Of a DNA stretch of 64,000 bases, positions 53,100-64,000 are shown piece by piece. The translations under genes were made by a program, and so were the position numbers. This DNA comes from Felis catus. Lineage: Eukaryota. The stretch covers positions 100,132,001 to 100,196,000 of the forward strand of contig NC_058373.1 of the NCBI RefSeq assembly GCF_018350175.1. The letters run 5' to 3'. A model generated the notes under the pieces. It ran no database searches. It was given only the letters and a program-made list of their open reading frames with translations, and was not told the origin of the DNA. Within the stretch, counting starts at the first letter, position 1, and the number at the start of each line of letters is the position of its first letter.

Positions 53100-56070
53100 A
53101 ACAGCTAATATTTGTTGAGCATCAACTTTATGCTAGGAATTATTCTAAGTGCTGGGGATGTAACAGTGAACAAAACATGACAAATTCCTGCCATGTAGAC
53201 ATTCTTGTCAGGAAAGACAAAGTCAGTAAAATATTTGGTATATTAGACGGTGATATGTGCTATGGATAAATATAAAGCAAGAAAAGGGAAATAGATAATG
53301 TGAGGAGCCAGAATGAATATTTACATTTTTTAAAATGTATGTTTATTTATTTTTAATGTTTATTTATTTGAGAGAGAGAGAGAGACCGAGAGCAGCGTGA
53401 GCAGGGGAGGGGCAGTGAGAGAGGGAGAAAGAATCTGAAGTAGGCTTCAGGCTCTGATTTGTCAGCACAGAGCCTGATGCAGGGCTCAAAGTCACAAGCT
53501 GTGAAACGGTGACCTGAACTGAAGTCGAGCACTCAACTGACTGAGCCACCCAGGTAGCCCATAATGTATATTTATTTTTGAGAGAGTGCAAGTGGGGAAG
53601 GGGCAGAGTGGGGCTAGGGGGCGGGTACAGAGTCCGAAGCGGGCTCTGCGCTGAAGCAGACAGCCTGATATGGGGCTTGAACCCATGAACTATGAGATCA
53701 TGACCTGAGCCAAAGTCAGACACTTAACCAACTGAGTTACCCATGCGCCCATGATTATATACATTTATTTATTTATTTTTAACTTTTAAAAAAATTTATT
53801 ATTGAGGGAGAGACACAGAATGTGAGCAGGGGAGGGCAGAGAGAGGGGGAGACACAATTTGAAGCAGGCTCCAGGCTCTGAGCTATCAGCACAGAGCCCC
53901 ATGCGGGTGTCGAACCCACAAACTATGAGATCATGACCTGAGCTGAAATCAGATGCTTAACTGACTGAGCCATCCAGGGGCCCCTATATACCTTTTTAAA
54001 TGGAGGTGGAGAGGAGGAAGCAGAGGAAAGCCTAACCAAGAAAGTGATTTTCAACCAATGACCTAAAAAGGTGAAGGAACTAGGTATAGATATTTAAGGG
54101 AAAATCAAGCAGAGGGAACAGCAAGAGGAAGAACTTGAGGCAGGTATATGACTGGAACATTCCAGGAGTAGCAAAGAGGCCAGGGTGTCTGTGGCAGTGT
54201 AATCAGGATAGTAGTAGCAAGTGAAATCATAGAAATAATGGGAATCAAATTGCGTAGAGCCTTATTGAGGCCATTGTGTAGGAACTTTGGCTTTTATTTT
54301 ATTTTTGTCATTGGAAGATTGTGAGCAGAGGAATGCTATGATCTTACGTTTGTTATTTTAACTTTGTAATGTAGAAAATTAGAAATACATAGAAGTGGAG
54401 ATAAGAGTATAATGAACTTGTAACCCTGGGTACTCATCACCCACCCAGCTTTGATAATTAATAACTCTTGGCAAATCTTGTTTCATCTGTGATCTCTTCC
54501 ACCTCTTCTTACCTTCCTTTTGGATTTTTAAAAAGCAAGTCTCAGGCATTATATCATATCATCTGTAAATATTTTATAATTGACTTATGTTAAATAAGAT
54601 CATTCTGGTTGCACACAGAAGGGCAAAGACAGAAACAAGAGGATAAGTTAGGAAATTTGGATAATCCAGGCACAAGATGGTGGTGTGGTCTCAGGTGGTA
54701 GGAAAGTCTTACAATAATGAGATTCTGGACATATTTTGAAAATAGAAGTGACAGGGCTTGCTAATGAATCAGTTATGGGGTGTAAGGTAACGAGAAGAAC
54801 CAGGAAGACTTAGGTTTTTGACTCATGCAACTGGAAAGATGGAGTTGTCATCGTTTAAAATGGGGGAGACTGGAAAGATTAGGTTTTAAAGGGAGAATAA
54901 AGAATTTGATTCTGAATATATTAAATCTGAGATACCAATTAGAGATGGAAATAAAGACGTTGCTTGGTAATTCTATATGCATGGATAGTTTATTGGGATG
55001 GTCTATTCTGGAGATATAATTGTGGATAATAACAGCATAAAATTTTTTTTGAAGTCTTGAGATGAGATTTCTAAGGAAGTAAATGTAGATAGAGAAGATG
55101 TTCAAAAACTTAGCTGAGGGGTGCCTGGGTGGCTCAGTTGGTTGAGTGTTTGGCTTTTGCTCAGGTCATGATCTCACGGTTTGTGAGTTCAAGCACCACA
55201 TCAGGTTGGCTGCTGTCTGCAGAGTCTGCTTCGGATCCTCTATCCCCTTCTCTCTGCCCCTCCCCTGCTCATGCTCTCTCTCTCTCAAAAATAAAGAAAC
55301 ATTAAAAAAAAAAAAAAAACTGAGCTAATTCCAATTTTAAGAAACTGAGATGAAGACCATCAAAGGAGACTGAGAAGGTATAGTCATAGAGGGAAGTTAA
55401 ACCAGGAGCTGGTGATGTCTTGGAAGATAAATGAAGAAATTGATACAAGGAGGGAGTAATTCCCTGTTAAATGCTGACAGTGAGTCAGATAAAAAGAGTT
55501 CTGAGAATGGATCTTTGGATTTACTATGTGGAGGTAATTGGTGACCTTATCAAAGCAATTTGTTTGGAGTGGTGAGAGAGAGAGAGCCTACCTCAAATGA
55601 GTTTCAAGGAGGTTGTACAGAGAGGCATTGTTTTTAGACATTTGTTTCAAGGAATTCTGCAGCAAAGAGAGAAGAGAAGAAATGTAGCTGTAGTGGAAAT
55701 GGAGGTGAATGAAAATTTGGGAGAGTTTATTTAAGATGGAAGAATTTACAGCACTTTTTTAGTGCTTAATGCAAATAATCTAGGAGAGAGAGAGAGAGAA
55801 ATTGATAATGCACTTTCCTTGAAGAGAGGTTGGCCTTGTCTGTGAGCGTAGACTAGTCATTTGTGAGGATAGGAGGGAAGGCAGAATAAATAGATACTGA
55901 TGATGGCAGTATCTGAAATATGGCAGAAACTTATAAAATTTTTCTTCTGAATGCATTTATTTTCTCAGTGAAACAGGAAGCAAGTTCAGAGTGAAGATGG
56001 GGAAGTATTGCTAGACATTTGAGGACAGAGAAAAAGTTAAAAAGTAGTTAGCTACAATAGTGAGAGAGTG
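53100..56070 (-). mobile_element. Long fragmented L2 remnant in PSMC6 intron 12 with SINEs (53330-53985 x3 -, 55118-55320 +)
   Basis: Purine-rich antisense L2 motifs 'tttgttgagcatc...aagtgctggggat', 'gattctggacatattttgaa'. Confidence 0.7.
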
Positions 56071-56079
56071 GACTCTAGG

Positions 56080-56299
56080 ATGGAGGTCAGCAAACCATTG
56101 ATGTGGGCCAAATTCTATCTGATGCCTCTTTTTGTAAATAAAGTTTTATTGTAACACAACCACTCCCAATTGTTTATATATTGTCTATGACTGGTTTTCC
56201 ACTGCGTTAGCAGAAATGCATAATTTTGACAGAGACCATATGGCCTGCAAAGCCTAAAATATTTACTTTCTGGCCCATTACAGAAATTTGCTGACCCCT
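56080..56299. mobile_element. MER58A-like hAT element
   Basis: 'ggtcagcaaac...tttttgtaaataaagttttattg...tggcctgcaaagcctaaaatatttact...tttgctgacccctg' with terminal inverted repeats. Confidence 0.85.
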
Positions 56300-56879
56300 G
56301 GACTAGGGGATTCTAGTATAATCTATATAAACCAGGCAGCTTTATAGACCCTTAGAAGTTAATGGTCCAGAAATAGTTACAAATAGTTGATTATTGCCTC
56401 TCACCAACTTTCTCATTGCTTAAGTAAATACAGTTTTGAGCTAGAAAGACTGAGCTTAACTAGGGATGCCAATTTATAGGTTTCTTCAATACTGAGCTCT
56501 TGCTAGGTGCCAGATACTATGCTAACCTTGGGAATCCCTGCTCTCAGGAAGGTTATATGAACTTGAACCTGAGGGAAAATTAATTAATGAGTATCTATCT
56601 AATCTCAAAAAGAGACTGACCTACTCTAGATTGCCTAGCAAAGGGTGTCTCATCAGAATTACATTGTAGTAGCTCATGCTATCTCTTATTTCTGTCCTTA
56701 TTCTATATCAAGTCCACAACTGTTGTTCCAAACCAACAGCTCTTCATTTCAAGTCTGTCATGTGGTTAAGAAGATCACTTAACCATTACTATTACCATAG
56801 ATCTGATACCTCACCACTTGGAGCTTGCACAGACACCAGAAAAGCTAGCCATTTAAAATGGTTATATAAAAATATATGA

Positions 56880-57050
56880 GGGGCGCCTGGGTGGCTCACT
56901 TGGTTAGGCATCTGATTTCAGCTCAGGTCATGATCTCGTGGTTTATGGGTTCAAGCCCCACGTCAGGCTCTGTGCTGACAGCTGAGAGCCTGGAGCCTGC
57001 TTCGGATTCTGTGTCTCCTTCTCTCTCTGCCCCTCCCCTGCTTGTGCTTT

Positions 57051-57110
<60 letters not shown>

Positions 57111-57498
57111 AATAAATAAACATTAAAAAATGTTTTTTAAATATGATAAAAATGTGAAAATTATTTCTGATATTTGTTTCTGGTATATTTTATATTAATG
57201 TGACTAAATTCCATTGTGGTTACAGTTGATTTTGATATCTTAGGTTTATTCAAATTAAAGATTTGGTTATAGTTTTTTTTTAATTTTATGTTAATTTTTA
57301 TTATTTATTTTTTGAGAAAGAGAGAGAGATAGAGCAAGCAGGGGAGGGGCAGAGAGAGAGGGAGACACAGAATCCAAAGCAAGCTCCAAGTTCTGAGCTG
57401 TCAGCACAGAGCCCAGTGTGGGGCTCTGACTCACGAACCATGAGATCATGATCTGGGTCAGAGTCAGACACTTAACTGACTGAGCCACCCAGGTGCCC
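56880..57498. mobile_element. Tail-to-tail CanSINE pair (56880-57130 + with long (CT)n, 57275-57498 -)
   Basis: Opposite orientation, about 150 nt apart. Confidence 0.88.
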
Positions 57499-57851
57499 TG
57501 GTTGCAGTTTTTATAAGATTCCTGGCTTGACAGATATCTTAAGTTCACATGTGATAATTGTTTCATTGCATAGAAACAGGTTAAGATGCTTTCAGATCTT
57601 GATGCTATTTCTTGGTTTTAAAATGTCAAAAGCATGTTTATTTCTGCTTGGTGCTGGTTTACTTCATAGAAGTATAAGTTTTGGCAGTTAATATTGTGGA
57701 GGACTTGTTAAATATTTTGGAGGAATGTCAACAGAGATGATGCCTAGCTGGTCAAATTCAAAGCAAGGTCTGCAGTTAAATTTTCTATATAGCCATAAAT
57801 CAAGAAAAAGGCTAAATTTTTTTAAAACTAATTTCCAGCATTTTTTCCTAA

Positions 57852-57956
<105 letters not shown>

Positions 57957-57989
57957 TGATGTTGATTTATTTAATTTGCTAAAAATGTG

Positions 57990-58440
57990 TTTGGATTTGT
58001 CCAAAAGAAGAGCCTGGGCTTTGCGAGGATTTAGGTACTTGTTTTTTTGCGGGGGGTGAGGGAGGGGGAACTGATTCCAGGAAGCAGGAGAGAACAGGAA
58101 AGTGCAATGGAAAGAGGGAAAGCTATTGTAAGGGTGCATCATTGACGAAGCTGCTATAGACAGGTGGGATTTGATTTGATGACATCTCAGACAAACATAC
58201 AGAATGGCTGATCTATGGGAGACTGGAGCATGTATTTACCAGCTGTCATCCCCCACTGGATGATAATTTACCCTTGGGGATGTTAACTCCTTTATACTTC
58301 TAGATGCCTTAGACCAGAATGTGGAAAGACTTGCATATGATAGCATACTGGCCCCCTGAAGTAAGTCTGAGACTATACAGAAGTGTCTGCCACAACTGTG
58401 GCTGAAATTAGACTGTGCTAGCACCAGAAGTATTTGCTGC
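57990..58440. mobile_element. Old ERVL-type LTR fragment (LTR33-like)
   Basis: 'gattccaggaagcaggagaga...ggaaagagggaaagc' resembles the recalled consensus; heavily diverged. Confidence 0.4.
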
Positions 58441-59144
58441 AAAGTGGATAACTTGTTTTCCTATACTAGTCTTAGCAATAAGCGTTGTAAGATTGATTTA
58501 TGAATTCTGTGATCATGCAACTTGTGTAAAATGTAATAGTTTTTTTAATACAGATTTCTCTATGGATTGTGTGATCCTGTTTTTAAAAATTTTATTTCTG
58601 GTACCAGGTGGCATTAAAACCATACATAGAGCCATTTAGTCTTTGTCCTCCACACAGAATCTTAAAATTAAAAAAAATTAATTTTTACCCTAGTTTTTAT
58701 AGTTACTGACTTTAGTAGGTTGCAGGTGAACAGTTTTTTGTTTTTTTTTTTAAGTATTACAATATGTCATTTTCTCTTGTTTTCATATCACCTTTAGCAT
58801 TTCTTATAAATTTAACAGTTTAAAGAGGCTGCTCAGATATGGCTTCTCCATAGCAGTATCTTAATGGGTATATGGTGACTCAGTACCTGGATCAGAAATC
58901 TGCAGGTTTAGAAACTCAGTACAGATCAGAGTAAATCATGCTCACAAAGACCTCCTAATAAACAAAACACATTAAGTGGTAAACTTGGATGTAGCTTGAA
59001 CTACTTAGAATAATTTATGACAGTGTCTTTCCAAAATCTACACTGGACCAAATTATTAGAATATTGCTTTGATGAAATTGGAATCTAAACAAAAGCAATG
59101 TCATAATCCTAAAGGTTCATGCCATCAAATTATATTTGTTTTTT

Positions 59145-60190
59145 GCTTTTTTTTTTTTTTCAGTTTTGTCAACAAATAATTGACATATATCACTGCATAA
59201 GTTTAGGTTGTACAGCATGATGGTTTGGTTTACATATATTATGCAATGATTTCCACAATAAGTTCAGCTAACATTTATCTTCTCATATAGATTCAGTTAG
59301 AAAAAAGGAAAAATATTTTCTCCTGTGATAAGAACTCTTAGGATTTACTCTCTTAACTTTCTTATATATCATATAGCAATGTTAGCTATAGTCCTTATGT
59401 CGTACATTACATCCTCAGTACTTATCTTACAACTAGAAATTTGTATACTTCACATATTGTAAAAACATTTTAGGCTGGGGTGCCTGGCTGACTGAGTTGG
59501 TAGAACATGTGATTGTTGACTTCAGGGTGGTAAGTTCAAGCCCCATGTTGGGCGTAGAGCTTACTTAAAACAAAACAAAACAAAAAATGATTTTAGCTAT
59601 TTCCAGTAAAGAGCTATAACTTTGGTATAGATTACAATTTTAGCTTTTTAAATGGCCTGGGGTGTTCATATTTGGAGACACTAAAATTCTTTGGTTTTCT
59701 TATTATCAGACTTTAAGCCTTTTTTGTTAACATCTTTCTGCAATGTAAAATAAACTTGATTCAGTTATAGTTGTCTTTTCCATTCACATCCTGAGATTAG
59801 CCTTTTTGGATTGGAATGTAACTCAGGCTCAGCCATTCACTAAATAATGGTTTGGAAACAGTCATATGCACAAAGTTTGGAAAAATAAGTAACCTTCAAA
59901 ACAGGTTTTATTTTATTATTTTATTTTATTTTGTTTTGTTTATTTTTATTTATATTTTATTTTTATTTTATTTCATTTTAAAGTTTATTTATTTATTTTG
60001 AGAGACACAGAGAGAGCTGGGGAGGGCAGAGAGGGGGAAGGGAGGGAGAGAGAGAATCCCAAACAGCCTTCGCACTGTCAGCACAGAGCCCAAGCCCAAT
60101 GCAGGGGTCAATCCCATGAACCGTGAGATCATAACCTGAGCCAAAATCAAGAGTCGGACACTTAGCCAACTGAGCCACCCAGGCACCTCC
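59145..60190. mobile_element. L1 3' UTR fragment (59145-59450 -), short SINE (59477-59587 +), SINE (59905-60190 -)
   Basis: 'aaataattgacatatatcactgcataagtttagg...gataagaactcttaggatttactctctta' and SINE bodies. Confidence 0.8.
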
Positions 60191-60989
60191 AAAACAGGTT
60201 TTAAAAAACTTCAATATTAAAAACTAGAAATTTCCATTCACCTCATTTCTGAGTACAACATAGAATGGCTATTTCCAAGACTAGGTAGGTAGAAATCTTG
60301 GAAGATAGAAAATAACCCTTGAAATCTTCTATTGCACTCATTTTACATAAATGAAAATGTAAGCAGATCTTCAATGAAAATATTAGTACATAGTGATAAC
60401 TTACCAGCTTTAGCTTATCATGAAATTGGGATTGTCTCAAAATCTTGGACCCATATCCATGTCAAGTAGTATTTGACAAGTAACTTATCATTAACTTGGA
60501 AAAGTTGAATTGTGATACTTGAGTGTGAAATTCATATAAAATATCAATTTGTACATAAAAAAGGTAAATTTTAATTATGTGATTATTGTCACTGATTTTT
60601 GATAAAGCCCAGTGTTGACTTTGTTTAATTCCTATTCTTTAAGCTTTTGATTATTAAGAAGGAAAGGCTATCAAAATTACTGAAGGTGTTTTGTGTTTTC
60701 CCACATTATACATGTGTTCCCTCCTTCCAGGCAATTGTTGTCTGTAGAGTTAAGAAACCACTGCTTAAGATGTGTATGTTTTATTGATAGTAGGGCTTTA
60801 TTTTGCTTTTTCGGAATGTCATTAGATACAGGGACTGTGTGAGTTAGATTTTAAATATCCAGATAGTTTTCTCATTGTTGTCTCGCTTTTGGTTTGGAAA
60901 ATAATACTCAATATAGCTAAGCAAATTAATTGAACAATGATGGTTGTTTTTAATAAATTAGAACTATTGGCTCAGAAGTAGTAAATCTA

Positions 60990-61632
<643 letters not shown>

Positions 61633-62020
61633 TTTACTGGAAGGTTTTTGATGACTGCATGACAGATCCTGGCTTAATGTAAAAATAAAGTTAAGGAAAA
61701 TAATGTATGTATTGGCAATGATCTCATTAAAAGCATATGAATAAAAATATGTATGGATAACACTGTAAAAATTAGTAATTGAGTAATTCTACTTTTAAGA
61801 TTGGTACAGAAGAAATTTGTATGTTTGTTAATATTGCATTTATTGAAGCAAAAGTTATGAGTATGTTGAAGCTTTTCGTATTTGCTGTGTGACCATTTTG
61901 TAAAACATTGAAAGTAGTTTGAAATCGTAGTATGAGAGCATTTCTTATGACTTATTTTATATCATTTGTTTTCCTCATCCTAAAAAGTTGAATAAAATCT
62001 GTTTTAGTTCTCCTACATAT
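61633..62020 (+). terminator. PSMC6: PSMC6 3' UTR with tandem polyadenylation signals
   Basis: AATAAA at 61684, 61740 and 61991, ATTAAA at 61726. T/GT-rich sequence follows the distal signal. Confidence 0.7.
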
Positions 62021-63659
62021 ATTTTTGTCTTTTTAAAGATTACATTTATGATGGTCCTTTTAGTAAATTATTTAATAATCAAAATGAATTCTATTTAGAT
62101 TACAGGCTTTTGAATTTTAAAACCGTACACACACTCAGTGTTCCTAACAGCGTCTTGTTATATAAAGCGTAGATGTGTATATCTATATTGATAATGGAAG
62201 GTCTTTATTCACTCTTCACCTATGATTAGACTGTATGATAGCTAATTGAAACAGTACATGCATGTCCATAACCATTTTTTAGATTGATTAAAAGTAATAT
62301 TTGCTAACAAATGTGACTTGGTTTTCTTGATTTATGTGAGATGATAGTTCCCTTTTCAGAATATTAAGGTGTGGACCCTCTTCCCAGAAAAAGTCAGATG
62401 TACATACACACAATTTTGCATACACTAAACTTTAAGGAGATTTATTATTTCCCAAACTCACCCATTGGCTCCGTAGGTATCTATGGACACTAAGCTAAGA
62501 GTGTTTGATGTAGGGGATGTTGATGTCAGAAATGTTCAAAGCTGAAGTTCTGTTACCTACACACAATTCTTCTATCATGTGGACTTAAAGCTTTAACAGA
62601 TTAAAATAGGAAATTGTTGGCGTCACCTGTGATTATCTTATTAAAGGTGCTGTTTAAACAAAAACAACTTGACTTCACTTTTCATAAACACTAAAGAATG
62701 TGCGATATATGACTTGGATAATTATACAATCATTTTTCAAATTAAAAAGTTACTTGCAGAGTATTGTATGTCTTTTTATAACTTTAAAAGGTAAAGAATA
62801 GTTTACATAGTGATAGAGAAAATGGAGCACTCAAACTAGCCATCTAAAACTCAAGTTATTGAATGGTTCTATATATGTTGGTAGTGTCATAAATATGACA
62901 ATATAAAAATAATAGTATGTCAAGGGCGTGTAGGTCAAATATGTGATTCTTTTAACCTTATTCATTGTAATTTACAATTTAATGACTTTCTTGCCTTTTT
63001 ACTTTGGTTTATTTTTTGGTTATAAGAATCAGTTTGGTTTACAAATCTTGAAAGTTTAAGTATGGATTCTTCCGCTTCTAAGTTTGATATTCCTCGTGTT
63101 TAAATTAAATGGAGAACAGTATCTCCCTAGGCCCAGAGAGAGTATATACCTCACTTCTATTAACAATATAGTATTAACAGACTCAAACTCCTTTTTAAGA
63201 TGAAAGTCATGTATTTTATTAATATATTTATATTATATATAATTATAATTAATATTTCAACATAAACTTAGCATTAAAGGGAGAGACCTTCAGTATGATG
63301 TGTAATTTACTGAGTGAGCTATCGGTTGTTTCTATTCCTTAGGATTTTCTATATGCCTTTGTTTCTTGAGATTTTGTCATAGTCCCAAGTATTCTTGAAA
63401 GTCCACCATTTCAATTTGCTTAAAAACCAAGGGTGTTTCATTTTCTGTGTAGCATAACACAGTTTTAAGATGAACTCTTCATTTATTACTCTTTCGGTTA
63501 TAACCTCACCACAGATTGCGCAGGATTCTGAGGGGAGAAAATACAGTTTTCCTTTCGGATGCCAGTCTCTGGTGGCTAGGATGTTTGCCGGTTCTTAAAC
63601 TACAGATTTGCGTCCTCTCTGGGAAAGGTTAGAGCTGGTGCGGTTGGTCCCATTGCCTT

Positions 63660-64000
63660 TCCCAGGACCTTCAATCCTGGCCCACTCCTGCCGCAGCCCC
63701 ACCTCCTCCACACCCGGTGAGCTTCGGGCGGTGAGCTTCGGCCGTTGCTCCTCCGAGGCCCCGCCCCCCGCGTCTGCGCTCTGGCGAAGGGGCGGGGCAG
63801 CGGCGCGCTGACACCTGGCGGCCGCGGGGGGCGGGCCGAAGGCAAGCGTGGGCTGGGATTGGCTGGGATAGCGAGGGGTGGGGAGGGGGGAAAGGAGGGG
63901 AGACGGTTGTAGGGCTCTTGCTAGTGCCCGAGCCTGTGCGGCCTGAGGGGCGCGGAGACTCAGGGGGAGGGAGACGGCAGCAGCATGGCGGCGGGGTATG
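63660..64000 (+). promoter_or_regulatory. CpG island promoter of the next gene (probably STYX by synteny)
   Basis: GC boxes near 63759 and 63788, reverse CCAAT (ATTGG) at 63858-63862, CpG-rich. No coding sequence of that gene is recognisable in the window; the name rests on the recalled ERO1A-PSMC6-STYX order. Confidence 0.7.

Overview
Mammalian (carnivore, most likely felid) genomic DNA, judged from abundant SINEC_Fc-type tRNA-derived SINEs and carnivore L1 3' ends. It contains ERO1A coding exons 1-7 on the minus strand (467..28404, gene continues off the left edge). About 11 kb away, transcribed divergently, is the complete 14-exon PSMC6 gene on the plus strand (CDS 39758..61632, 389 aa, or 403 aa from an upstream in-frame ATG). 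A CpG island at the right edge is probably the STYX promoter, by recalled synteny only. All exons were read by hand, have GT-AG boundaries and keep the reading frame. The rest is SINE, L1, L2, MIR, LTR and DNA-transposon debris; repeat family names are from memory, not from a search. I found no convincing new multi-gene system. The most notable observations are a 34+34 bp fold-back palindrome inside a SINE, a near-identical inverted SINE pair bracketing ERO1A exon 2, a twin-primed L1, an L1 3' transduction, and an overlapping PSMC6 ORF whose stop codon is supplied by the exon 1/2 splice.
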